Positions 39,382 through 51,120 of a stretch of 64,000 bases of DNA are shown here, in pieces. Location: the IMG/VR virus record IMGVR_UViG_3300013426_000001, positions 74,524-138,523 of that record; one strand, given 5' to 3'. Under the pieces are notes generated by a model that saw only the letters and a list, made by a program, of their open reading frames with translations, did no database searches and was not told the origin of the DNA. The DNA is from a virus (taxonomy: Duplodnaviria; Caudoviricetes). A program made the translations under genes and the position numbers. How positions within the stretch are numbered: the first letter of the stretch is position 1; the number at the start of each line of letters is the position of its first letter.

Positions 39382-39702
39382 ATAGACGCAGGGCAGTCGT
39401 CTGGAAAATAAGGGGGCGTTCATGGTGATCTGAAAATGGGGCGCTTACATGCAATTTGGGCGTCAGCCAAAAAAGGCGGCGGCGCTTTGTAAGAAAAAAT
39501 GCCCGCCCGCTTAAAGAAATATGCCCCGTGGGTTAAAAAATACCGCATAGTAAGGGCTGCTGGTCTTTATTTATACTGGCAGAGAGCAGTCCAGTTTTCG
39601 ATTATTCAACGGTTACTTCGAGAAACCCAAGTGCAGCTGCTGGAGCATCCGCGTTTTTAGAGCGGTGCGGATGAATGGCCGCTTAGTTGTTACGGGTTTG
39701 TG

Positions 39703-39768
39703 TTAGTGGGTTCGGATGTTAACGCTAAAGATTATAAACTGTACTATAAGAAGTATTAAAAGCGCCAT
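39703..39768 (-). CDS. 21-aa hydrophobic peptide MALLILLIVQFIIFSVNIRTH
   Basis: AAAGGAGGTG RBS. Confidence 0.65.
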   Translation of the reverse strand: MALLILLIVQFIIFSVNIRTH

Positions 39769-39800
39769 CTAATCACCTCCTTTTCACTTACTTTCAGCCA

Positions 39801-39869
39801 TTAATTATCCTTAATGGCGTAGATGATATTGTAAATGAATACAAATGCCATAAAAAACGCTAATACCAT
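39801..39869 (-). CDS. 22-aa hydrophobic peptide MVLAFFMAFVFIYNIIYAIKDN
   Basis: AAAGGAGGT RBS. Confidence 0.65.
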   Translation of the reverse strand: MVLAFFMAFVFIYNIIYAIKDN

Positions 39870-39873
39870 AAAC

Positions 39874-39945
39874 CTACCTCCTTTTACTAATTTCGATTGT
39901 CGTAAAGCCTATAACCAACATAAATACTATCAGTGCATAAACCAT
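39874..39945 (-). CDS. 23-aa hydrophobic peptide MVYALIVFMLVIGFTTIEISKRR
   Basis: AAAGGAGGTG RBS. Confidence 0.65.
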   Translation of the reverse strand: MVYALIVFMLVIGFTTIEISKRR

Positions 39946-42900
39946 CGCATCACCTCCTTTCTGTAAAGACCACAATGTTTCCATCTCTTTGCGTAATGAA
40001 TGTAACTTCGTCGAATTTATGTTCGTTGAAGTAATCAACTTTGCCTTTTGTTGTAAGGTTGAGTTCATCGCCATTGCCGTTATTCGGCACGATTTTTACC
40101 TCGCACCAATCGTCCAATATTTTGTTGAGTTCGCCGAGTGTCATATTAAGCCTCCTTATAAAACGCGATTCTTTTGCCCAAGTAATTCGTTCCGCAGTTA
40201 TAAAACGCATACTCGTTGCAGAATTTCTCAAAATCGTAATCGAGCGGGATTTCCGCCATTCCAACCCACATATTGTAAGGGTGGACATTGCAAGGAAGGC
40301 AGTAAACCGCCTTCCTTGCTGTGTGCATTTTTCTTGCCTGAGTTTTTGTTATTTTTTCGTAGTTCATATTTTTACCTCCTTTGAACTATTAGTCTAATTT
40401 GGTTAATCTGTCGAAAATGCAATTCCCGCTCTTCGTGAAATGATAAGTAAGGACTTTCCAATCGTCTTCCCAAGTCCACGAAACCTTGTACCCGAGAACT
40501 GCGTTTGTTGCCGTTTTGCCGATGAGGATTTCACCGTTTTCTGTCTGTGCCGTGAGTTGATACGAGGGATTACCGTAATAGCTGTTGTTTCGTTTTTCTA
40601 CTTTGAGAATTTTGAAATTTGATTTAAATTCTTTCATAATTTTACTCCTTAAAATTTATTTTGTCTTAATTCGGGAAAATATTGTTCCATTATCTTGAGG
40701 GTGATTTTTCTTTCTGGAAATGTTTCTATGTCAAACCCTATGCACATAGAGCCATCTTTGGTTGATGTTTCTGTAACCCCATAGGAGTGAATATAATTCT
40801 TATACCCTTTCGGTCTTTCGCCGTAAAAATAAGCGAAGGTGTTCCAATATTTCACTTCAAATTCTTTATCACGAACTATAATTTTTGCACATTCTGTGCG
40901 TCCATCATTCGTGTAAAATTTTTCAATTTCCATGATGTTTTGCATTTCTTCATCAAAACCTCTTAAAAACTGCTTTGCTCTAAAATCGTTTTTATCTATC
41001 ATAATTTTTGCTCCTTTTTTAAACATTAAGTGTTTTTCTGACTTCGATTATAAGTAAGCCAGTGGTTTCGTCATATGCCACGAAATTGCGCTCTGTGTAC
41101 CAAGCACCAGGTTCGACCTGATAATGTGGATCCTCGAAACCGAGAAATTCCATAATTACGTCGGTCGGCATTGCCCGTTTTTTGATTTCGCTCATTTCCT
41201 CTTCGGATAAACGATAGACTTCGAGATGAGCGAGCGATTCGCATTCGTGTTCGTAGGGTGTGTAAGTTCCAGATTTAGTTAAAAATTGCATATTTTACCT
41301 CCAAATTAATAATTAGTTGCGATTGCGTAATCGCAGTGATAATCATCATCGTCTTCGATTTTCCAAACATAAACGTCGGGTTCGTTTTTTGTGATGTCGT
41401 CGAAAAATTCTCTGATATAAGCCGAGGCGTTCATTCTCGCCTCTTCGGTGTCGTTACCTACGACGATTCCGCTGATGTTGTTCGCGTCGTCGTAAAATTT
41501 CCAAAGTCCGTTGATGTTAGTTTTATTTTTCATAATTACTCCTTTCCTGCGAATATACCGTCGCAGGTCGGTTTATTTTTTTGTTTGTTTTGTTGATTAG
41601 AATGGTTTAAAATTCTTTTTACCTTCTTCGTATTCACGAGTGAAGCGTTTGTCCCAGTTGATGTATTCATAGAGATGATCGATTATGTCTTCTCTGCCAA
41701 TTCCTTCGCCTTCGTCAAGTCCACTTACGTAATCGCAAAGCATTTCTGCGAAGTTGGTTACTGCCGCGTTTTCGATTTCTGTAATTTCTTTTTGTTTCAT
41801 AAAAAATCCTTTTTCGGCTCTTTCCGTATGAGAGTGTCCCGACGTATTTTTGTTTAGATTAATATTCCGAAACGAGAATGTAGATATCACCGATTCTGTT
41901 TACCCATTCGTTATCGAGCGGGTTGTAATCTTCACTTACGTCATCCCAATTGAGATGATTTACGAGATAATCCAACATTTGGTATTTGTTCCCGATGAAT
42001 TCCGTTTCGCAAACGAGCCATTCCATAAGGCATTCAACCGTATCGAATCTTGAGAGAATTTCGAGATAATCTTCGTATTGCTCCTCGAACGTCGGGTCGG
42101 TATCATCATGTCTTTCGAGTGGAAGATAATCGAGATAGTTTTCGTCGGAATCGTAGAGCTTTACTCTGTCTTTCTCTTCGCGGTTTTCGAGTTCTTCAAT
42201 GTAAAAGTTGCCTAAATAACTGTTATTAATTTTACGCATATTTTATACCTCCTTTATGCGTTAGAATCCAAGTTCTTGTACTTCGTTAATCCAATTATCG
42301 AGTTTATCTTCGTTAAATTCAATAATATTTTGATCTTCGAGAAATTTCAAGATTTTCCTCAATTGTTCATAGCCGTTCCAACCGCTTTTGCTGATTTTGC
42401 CATTTTTATTCAACGGTTTTTTGCTCCCGAGCGCTTGTAATAATTCTTCGAGATTTGTGATTTGCATTTTATACCTCCAATTCGGCAAGTTCGATTTGCC
42501 AATATTCGTTAATTGTGTCAATAACCTTATCTGCCTTGAACTCGTCAAACAACCGATAAACGTTTACCGTATTCCAATCGTCGGGTTCGGCCTCTTCGTC
42601 GTAATCGTCCATATACGCCCATTCAAGAGCTTGATATGCCCAAGCGCGTACCGAACCGTAACGCCCAAACGCGAAATCGCTTGATTGATAGTCGGCCGTG
42701 TTTACGTAGATTTTGTCAGTCGGTAATTTTTCGATTGCTTCGACTGATTTCGGGAAGATGTCTTTGAATCTTTCGACGTCTTCTGCGTGCTGCAAATCCA
42801 TGTTGGCGTATTCGTCGAGCGACGAAATTTGCTGTTGTTCTTTGAGTTGTGCTAATGTGATTTTGTTCATATTTTTATCTCCTTTAATTAAAATTTTCTT

Positions 42901-43444
42901 CTGGAATGTTTGGGCAGTAATCTTCATGGAACGTTATGTGAAAACAAGATTCATCATCTTGCTTCATTTTTCCATCGTCATCATAATACTCCAGATCTTC
43001 CATGTATGTTTGTCCACGATTCACGCATTCTAAACTTCTTAGAAATTCAAGAATCGCGTGCTTGTTTTTTATAAGAAAATCGTATTCTGCGCCCTTGAAC
43101 TCATTGAAATAAATAGTGTATTTCCCATCGCGAGTTTCGAGCCTGCCTTTAATTTCGATTTTGCTTACAAATTGTTGTAATTGAGCTTTGATAAAAATCA
43201 TAATAGCCTCCTTAAATTTTCTCTTCTTTCCAGCCGAACCATTTGTATGCTTCGACCATTTTGCTGATTGCTGTTTTGTCTACTTTTATCGGTTCTCCGT
43301 AAAAGCTCACGAAGTCGCGATAGAACTTGCGATTTGCAACATCGACGCGAAGCCGCGCCGTGTTGCCGTTTTTGTCTGTTTTGCCGATGAATTCCATAAT
43401 TTCTGGTGTCATATATTACCTCCGATTTTTTAGAAAAGAGAAGC

Positions 43445-43873
43445 TCAAACGAGCTCCTCTAATTCGTCAAACTGCAACGCAACATTTCTCATCGTGGTTT
43501 CAAACCCGAACCAAGCGAGAATGTTTTGGTTATAATAATCGAGCGCCAACGGATCTTCGGGATTCCAACTTATTTGGCCGCAGAAGAATTCCGTCAAATC
43601 GTGAATCCCGCATTCTTCCATCTGTTCGTAAAGCAGACGATTAATTGCGTCTTTGTTCTTTGCGTAATAAGCAGTCGTGTCGGAATAATAGATAAGTTCT
43701 CCGACAATTCCACTGATACATCCGTGCTCGATTACCTCAAGCGGTATCTGTTTCGGGTCGTCATATTCATCGAATTTATCGAGAATATAATTCGTTACGC
43801 TTTCGACCAAACCGTCGTTCGCTTCGATTGCCTGTTTGTTGAGTTTTTCAATGTTTTGTTTTGTGAATTTCAT
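43445..43873 (-). CDS. acidic phage early protein, candidate DNA mimic
   Basis: HGCISGIVGELIYYSDT..LAWFGFE; strongly acidic. Confidence 0.6.
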   Translation of the reverse strand: MKFTKQNIEKLNKQAIEANDGLVESVTNYILDKFDEYDDPKQIPLEVIEHGCISGIVGELIYYSDTTAYYAKNKDAINRLLYEQMEECGIHDLTEFFCGQISWNPEDPLALDYYNQNILAWFGFETTMRNVALQFDELEELV

Positions 43874-44651
43874 TTGGAAATTCCTCCTGAAAATTTATTT
43901 TGCAATTTGCGGATTGCTGTACGAGACCGCAGGCTTGCTTGCCCACCAGGCGCTTTACCACTTCGGCAGGGACGCCTAAGCCCATTCAACGCTTTCGCGA
44001 GGAGTGCCTAATTCAGATTTGTCTAATCGTGATTTGACGATTATCTAACGATTTTTCCCGTTTCTGTGTCCCATTCGAGACCGATGAGACTTGCGAGGCG
44101 TTCGGGTTCAAACCACATCATATCGTTGATTTCGGTTTCGTCATACCCATTGCCTCCACAGTCAAGCGCTTCGAGTTCGTCGCCAATGCGATCGAGCTCT
44201 TCGAGGGTGAATTCTTCTGCGTTCGAGACTGCTCCCGACCAGAATTCAAAATTACTTAAACTGTCGTCTCTATAAATTTTCATAGAGCACCTCCTATTAA
44301 TATCTTTTGAAGCAGATTTTCATTTCTGCCCTTTGTTGCGGGTAGATTTGCTTTTCGTCGAACGGGAAAACCTTTTCCGCGCATTCGATCGGCGTGAATT
44401 CATCGGTTATCCAAGTCAGGCATTTCGTGCCTTCGACCGTGATAAGAATCGCCGTTTCGCCTTCGAAGTCCGACCAATTCCAGTCGATGATTTTGAGCAT
44501 TTTTACGGCGGAATCTTTGTCGAATTTCCACGTGAGATCTTCGAGAATTCTTTCGCGTTTTTCGTCGAAATCCGACCAGTTTTCAGGGACGTTGAGTACA
44601 AATTCGTATTGGTTGTTATTTAATGTCATGGCTATTTTACCTCCTTTGCCA

Positions 44652-44876
44652 TTATTTCACTTCGTAGTATTTCGGCATTCCACCGAGCTCGTAGTTGTTG
44701 ATTGTTTCTTCGGTTTCGTCGTTGAATTGGGTATCGACCATATCGTTGTAATCGAGTTCGAATTCGCCGTTGTAATAAGCGTCTTCTGCTTTCTGTAATG
44801 CCTCGCTCGAGTCTTCTGCTTGTACTTCAACGATTTTGTTAAGTGTTTCTGTTACTGAAATGTAAAAAGTTTTCAT
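44652..44876 (-). CDS. DpnD/PcfM family protein
   Basis: ISVTETLNKIVEVQAED..A..AYYNGEFELD. Confidence 0.7.
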   Translation of the reverse strand: MKTFYISVTETLNKIVEVQAEDSSEALQKAEDAYYNGEFELDYNDMVDTQFNDETEETINNYELGGMPKYYEVK

Positions 44877-45998
44877 AATATTTTCCTTTCCCTTTCGGGA
44901 CGGTCGGGTGTGGTTTTTGAGTCGACTTTGCGACCCCGACCGTTTTGTTATTTTTCGATTTTTGTCAAACAATCTTCGTCGTATTCTTCGCAACGCCAGT
45001 AAACGAATTGATTACCTTTGACAGTTGTGAATACTTCATATCGAACGGCTGTTTCATCGCCGCCCTCTACGCACTCATCGACGTAATCTTCATATGTCCG
45101 AAGAGTTCCTTGGAATAAGAATTCGTCTCCGTCATAAATCCGAACTGTGTCGGGCTTACTTTTGAGATGTCGGACTTCGTATCCGACCTTTGCTTTGATG
45201 GTATTACGCATTTTGCACCTCCTTTATTAACCCATCTTTATCGATTTCGAGTCCCTCCAAGACTTCGTAATCGGTGATAAGTGCGCCCGCTAACCAATCG
45301 AAATCTTCGTTTTTGACGATTGTATACGTGTCATCGTATATATCACCGCCTTTGCAATACGGGAAATTAATAAAATCGAAATCCGTCCTCATATCGTCGG
45401 ACGTCCAAACTTTGACGCCTGCGACAACCGCGTAATTGCGATTGTCTTTTGCCTGAATTAAGTCTTCACAAGGTTCGTCATCAAACCCGTTAGACCAACC
45501 TACGCAAATTGCGAGGCTGTCGTCGAGTTTGAGTGTGCAGCAACCTTGTTGGTTATCGATCAACCAATCGGTGCTTTCTTTGAGCCATTTTGCAACATTG
45601 TCCATTGTGAATTCTATTTTACGCATTTTTAATACCTCCTTATGCGTTAGTCTAACCAATTGCTTGCTTTATCGATGAAATCCCATTTATCCATTTCGAG
45701 AATTTCTTCGACGGTTTTGCCTTCTTCGTTTATCAAGTCGTTGATGCAATACGCGATTGCGGCGGTCGTCATCGTTTCGGCTTTGAGATAAATTCTAACG
45801 CCAAACGCGCATAAACTTTCGAATTCCTCTTCGGTGTAATCGAAGTCTAAAACCGCGTCTAATTCGTTCGCGACTTCCAAGTCGCAGATAGAAATGCCTA
45901 ATTCGTTTACTTTGTTTAATTGTTCTCTGTACGTCATTTTACGTACCTCCTAAAAATATTTTTGCCCGTTTATGTGGTCGGTAGCACAACCAAGTTTT

Positions 45999-46712
45999 TT
46001 AGTCGATTTGTTCGATTTCTGCGCTTTCGAAGTCGAAGTATTCTTCCACGTCTTCCAACGTCGGATTATAAAACCCGCTCATCGAATCGACCATTTCGCC
46101 TTCTTCGTCTATTTCGCGGCTTAGTTCATTCCCGTCCATCGATTGTCTAATTACGACGGTCGGTTCGTAAAGCGTCCACTGATAAACATTCCCTTCGAGG
46201 AAATCGTTGTAAGTTGCAATTTCGCCTTTGAGTGTTTTCGTCGCGGCTTCTTTCCAGTCTATTTCGTCTTTCAAGCACGTCTGTGCGAGATAGAAATCCT
46301 TTTCGACGAAGATGAGCCCTATGAAGCTGCTATCCCAAGCATCTCTTCTTCCTGTCGATATCGAGATGCCGCTGTGGTCGTAAAGCCATAACGGCAATCC
46401 GCAAATGTCGGGTTGATCAAGAATAAACCGAATTTCCTCGCCGAACGTCATTTCGTCGATTTCTTCGTCGCTTTTCCCGTATTTGCGGCAGATTTCCGCG
46501 AGCTGCTCTTCGGTTTCTCTGTTGCTGTTGCAATCGCCGAGTTGATAATCGCGATGGCAGCAAAGCATCGTTCCGAGGTTATCCCACGAACGCGGGTCGT
46601 CCGAGAACTGGTCTTGCTCGATTACGAGACGGAGTTTTCTTCCGTCGGTGGTGGTGATGGCGAATTTGTCGCCTGCGTAAAGTTTAGTGGTTTTGTTAAT
46701 CATTTTAGTCAT
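45999..46712 (-). CDS. acidic phage protein
   Basis: PRSWDNLGTMLCCHRDYQLGD, LPLWLYDHSG. Confidence 0.65.
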   Translation of the reverse strand: MTKMINKTTKLYAGDKFAITTTDGRKLRLVIEQDQFSDDPRSWDNLGTMLCCHRDYQLGDCNSNRETEEQLAEICRKYGKSDEEIDEMTFGEEIRFILDQPDICGLPLWLYDHSGISISTGRRDAWDSSFIGLIFVEKDFYLAQTCLKDEIDWKEAATKTLKGEIATYNDFLEGNVYQWTLYEPTVVIRQSMDGNELSREIDEEGEMVDSMSGFYNPTLEDVEEYFDFESAEIEQID

Positions 46713-47231
46713 TTTTTTATCCTCCTATGACTTATTTAATCTTTTTAAGAATTTCTAAAACCGTTACTAACTGATTTGAGTTAGCGACGTTCGTATTGCG
46801 GTCGTGGTCGTATAAGTTATACTCGTTAAGTATTCTTTCGACCTCGTTCGTGATTTCTTCGCAATCGTCGTTCCATTGCGTCATCGAACAACCCGTCGGG
46901 TAGTAACAAATTTCGTCGTCGTCTGTTGCAACATAGATTTGATTGCGCTCGATTGCTTTTACCCAATCTTTGCCTTCGTCATCTGCTAATAACCCAATCC
47001 AATCGTTCGGCGCGATTAAAATTGGATCGTAATTGTCGTTGTAACATGGTTCGTCGTAATGAATGCAGATTTGTTTGTCTGTCTTGTTCTCGATTACGGC
47101 GATAAAGTCGTAATCTTGCCCTGTTGTGCTGACTTTTATAAAGTCGTTTTCAAAAATTTTAGTCATTTTTTTATCCTCCTATGACTTTTATTTATTCCCC
47201 GTTTACGGTCGGTAGGTCAACCGATTTTTAT

Positions 47232-48326
47232 TTACTTATTAGATTTTGTTCCGTTGCATCTTCTGCAAAGAATGACGCAATTTTCAATTGTTGTTTTACC
47301 GCCTTTTGACCAAGGGTCACAATGATCTGCTTGTGCTTCCTCCCAAGCAACTTCCTTTCCACACATCGCACATTTATGATTTTGTTGTTCATAAACCGTA
47401 CGTTTTATATTTTCTGGAAATGCTCGAAGCGATAAATGTCTTTCATCACCATCAAATAGATATTCATAAATGCCTGACTTTTTGGTGACTTCATCATCTT
47501 TCATCAATCGAGAAATAATTGTTTCGAGTTCTTCTGCGTTATATTGATTTTTGCCATATTTGTTATATAACAAACCCCATTGCTGCGTAAGCATTTCTTT
47601 TCTTAAATGCTTGCCGAAAAGTGACTTCGTCCAACTCATTACTTGATTAAAATAACCAACGAGTTCGTCTGCTGCGGGGAAGAATTGGTGTTGAGCCATA
47701 TATTCTTCGATTCCGTTTTTACGACCGTTGGTTATCCAATATAATGCTTGTTCAAGCAACTCTTGCCGATTTACCTTTGCGTTTGTAAATCCTTTTGAAT
47801 TATTCGCTTCTGCACAATTGGTTTTGCTGAACCAGGCTTTTGCGCTCGCCAACCAAGGACCAACGTAAGCCGCGTTTCGAAGCTCTTGTTCTGATAATGG
47901 TTCGCCTGCGATGTTAATTACGCGGAACCAGTTCAATTTTTCTTCTTCGGTTCCATCGCAAACATAAATAAGCAATTCATAATTTAAAAATTGTTCTTTA
48001 AATTCTTCACTTTGCCCTTCATAAGTTTTGCCGTTATAAAAGAATTTCCCTTTAACGAATTCGCAAATCGACATCGTTCTTTGCTGCCCATCAAGAATTT
48101 CAAAACCTTCAACTTTGTTTTTACTCCAATAAAAACTCGAAAGCGGGAAACCATTCATTATTGAATTGATAACCGCAATTGATTGTTTTTCGGTATAAAC
48201 ATAAAGGCGTTGATATGCGGGGCGGACGTTTAATTTACCTCCATAAGCAATGACGCCAAGCTCATCTCTGTTTTCGTATCCGTTTATAATTTCACGGATT
48301 GTTACTTTTTTGTTAGTTATTTTCAT
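47232..48326 (-). CDS. DUF262 (GmrS-like) + HNH endonuclease
   Basis: PAYQR, LDGQQR, FRVIN; CAMC..ADH..GG..N..LCRRCN. Confidence 0.88.
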   Translation of the reverse strand: MKITNKKVTIREIINGYENRDELGVIAYGGKLNVRPAYQRLYVYTEKQSIAVINSIMNGFPLSSFYWSKNKVEGFEILDGQQRTMSICEFVKGKFFYNGKTYEGQSEEFKEQFLNYELLIYVCDGTEEEKLNWFRVINIAGEPLSEQELRNAAYVGPWLASAKAWFSKTNCAEANNSKGFTNAKVNRQELLEQALYWITNGRKNGIEEYMAQHQFFPAADELVGYFNQVMSWTKSLFGKHLRKEMLTQQWGLLYNKYGKNQYNAEELETIISRLMKDDEVTKKSGIYEYLFDGDERHLSLRAFPENIKRTVYEQQNHKCAMCGKEVAWEEAQADHCDPWSKGGKTTIENCVILCRRCNGTKSNK

Positions 48327-48355
48327 ATTTACCTCCGATTAAAAAGAACGGTTTG

Positions 48356-49315
48356 TTAACCGTTCTTTTTCCATTTTATTAAAAGTCTTTTGTATTTGTA
48401 TTCACCATGGAGGAGAGGCTTGAATAGGTCATATTCAGAATCGCTTCCATTGTTGGCCTCGCCAACAATGGTGAATTGATTGGGATTGAGTTTATCCAAT
48501 CCGCTTATGGGGACCGCCATCAAACCATCAAACCCTAGTGGTATGTTTGCTGTTCGATCCACATGAATCGCATCGAAATTATCGTATTTTGGATAAAATT
48601 GTTCATTCCCTTTATATGTTCTCCAAGCGCAAAACTCTTCGTAGTGGGTGGCGACATGAAGGTTGGTATACCAATTTATATTCCCGAACTTTTTGTATTC
48701 GCCATTCGGTTGCAGAAATTTTCGAGGATGATTGTGCCCTTGCCACATTTTATCTTCTTTTATATAACGAAAACAATTTTTATAGCAAATTGCGTTCATC
48801 GGTCCTATAATAAGAAATTGTTTTTTGTGTTCCATAATCACATCGACAAACTCATCTATGATCGAAAACGGGGGATTGGTTATAACGATATCACATTCGT
48901 CGAAGAATTTTGCGCATTCTTCACTTCTGAAATCGCCATCGTCTTCAAGCAATTCTCTTTTTGCTTTTGCGTAAGGCCAACACTTATCTTCCGATGTTAT
49001 TAAATCGTCACGATCAATTGTAAGTTTAACTCCACGACTTCCTTCACGATAACAGGTGCATATAAGCTTCTTTAATTTATATTGTGTGAAACATTGTGCA
49101 AAAACGTACCAAAATTGACTGCCTTTATATTCAAGGCAACGATCTTCTGGAACGTTCCATAATTCGTCACCCGCATCGTCGCAAGGAAGATAAATTATTT
49201 TATCTTCAAATTGATCAGTGTAATATTGAACTTCTTGCAAGATATCAAATTGGCAAGTATAAAATTCGTTATCTTTGTTTCTTTTTGCTGTGTGTAAATT
49301 ATTGTTTTTAGACAT
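48356..49315 (-). CDS. EcoRI-family adenine methyltransferase
   Basis: KDNEFYT, YLPCDD, GDFRS, IVITNPPFS; GGAGG-ATG 49315. Confidence 0.85.
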   Translation of the reverse strand: MSKNNNLHTAKRNKDNEFYTCQFDILQEVQYYTDQFEDKIIYLPCDDAGDELWNVPEDRCLEYKGSQFWYVFAQCFTQYKLKKLICTCYREGSRGVKLTIDRDDLITSEDKCWPYAKAKRELLEDDGDFRSEECAKFFDECDIVITNPPFSIIDEFVDVIMEHKKQFLIIGPMNAICYKNCFRYIKEDKMWQGHNHPRKFLQPNGEYKKFGNINWYTNLHVATHYEEFCAWRTYKGNEQFYPKYDNFDAIHVDRTANIPLGFDGLMAVPISGLDKLNPNQFTIVGEANNGSDSEYDLFKPLLHGEYKYKRLLIKWKKNG

Positions 49316-49549
49316 AATTAATTTCCTCCGATTATTTATTGATTTTATAATTTTCATTCCAGCTTCCAGCCCTTGCGATTGCTTCTTTCCACGTCGGCGA
49401 CCAAAAGCAGTTTTCGGCCTGATGGTTTTTGAGCCACCAAGTCACGCTTTCGCCTTGCGGGATTGCTCCCGCATAAGCGATTTTGTTTCCGTTGTCGTCT
49501 TTTGTTTCATATGTTATAAAAAGTTTTGCCATAATATTTTTACCTCCTA

Positions 49550-49578
49550 ATTATAGCTTATTTTTTCTTATTTGTCAA
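49550..49578 (-). promoter_or_regulatory. sigmaA-type promoter for the leftward block
   Basis: TTGACA-17-TATAAT on - strand. Confidence 0.85.
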
Positions 49579-51120
49579 GCGTTTTTACGCGCTTTTTCCC
49601 TTTCGGGACGAGCGTAGTCGGGATTTTCCTTTCTACGCTCTTTGATTCTCTGTGCCGACTTAATCCTTAATTACGCCGTAAATGTCGTCGACGTAATAGC
49701 CTGCAAATATGTTGTAAATCGCGGTGCATTTCTTACCGTTATATTCAACGATAATGTCGTTATCTCCGTTGTATTGGAGAATTGTTACTTCGGCAAATTT
49801 GCCGCCGAGTGAGTGAATGTGTGCTTGTACTTTGTTCATAATTGAGCCTCCTAAAATTTTATTGCGATTATTCAAGCGATATCGCGAAACGCCGTTTTTC
49901 ATTCCTCGTCCTTTTCAGGCTTCGGTAATTGCTTGGGGTCGTGCGTCGAACCTTCGTTTTTGACTTTGAGCAGGTCTTTGTCTGCTTCCGTCATTTTGAG
50001 TTTTTCGACGCTCTTTTTCGTGTAATCTTTGAAGAAATTAGCCATTTTATACCTCCTTTGCTAACCTGTTCTTCACCGCTCTGTCGCGAATTTTTTCGAG
50101 TTCGATGCGGTCTCTGCTTGCCTTCACTTCTGATTTGAGTTCGTCGGTTAGTTCGACGTCAAAATCTTTGAGAAGTTTAAGCGTGTAAGTTTTGAGCATT
50201 TTCAATGTGATTTCCACTATTCGTCACCTCCTTTCGTCCAGAAGAACGATTTCTTTCCTTTGACGGCTCTTTCGTAATCGATAAGAACCGTCGCCCCAAC
50301 TATTGCCGTTGTCAAACAAACTACTGCGATAATTCCGAGTACCATCTTAATCACCTCCTTTAATGGCTTTCTTTAACGCCTGCGCTTCATCTTCCAATCC
50401 ATTCCTTTTGAGAACGCGATAAGCGCTCTCGTAATCGCCGAGTTCGACAAAAACGCTTGCGTCGTCTATCGCGAGTTCCTGTGAGTAGGCGACTACGCGT
50501 TTCGCTGCATTCGTGAGTAAACGCTGCACGACGCCTTTGCGGTCGTATTTGCGCGTTCGATGGATTTCGGTTACGACTTTCGTCGTTTTGCGAAGTTCTT
50601 CTGCTTCGAGCATTGTTGCCTTTGCTCTGTGCAACTGCGCGAGATAGCATTTATCTTCAATGCAGAAACCCGCCTTCGGGCAGATTGAGCAACTGCGTTC
50701 GAAGCGGTAATCCGCTTCTTTGAGTGTTTTGGCTTCGTCTTGCAGTTCGACTGCGCGAGCCATTGAAAAGTGAAATTTGTTATTCATGGTTATTTAATCT
50801 CCTTTACGTTTGTCCAGTTGTACGTCGCTGCTTTGCCTGTGCGCTTCGTAACCTTCCCGCATAAGTTCATGCAGTACTGATGTGCTTCATCTAAGCACTG
50901 CTGTTTGGTTTCGTGAAGAGAAGTCTCAAACTCCTCCTTCGAAATCGTTTTGTCGTCGATGATGACGTCAAAATTGACTTTGTAAAATTTCTTAATCATA
51001 GGATAACTCCTTTGCCGACAGCCGCTTCGAACGACCTGATTGTGTCGGCTTGAATACCGTTTCTCGATATCCCGACGCCCGAAGGCGTTTCGTCTTAATC
51101 TTCCAAGACTCATCAGGGGA

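Larger units (their letters stand above)
32967..39482. repeat. cluster of 20 CCGCCGCC/GGCGGCGG octamers
   Basis: counted by eye; positions listed in findings. Confidence 0.9.
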
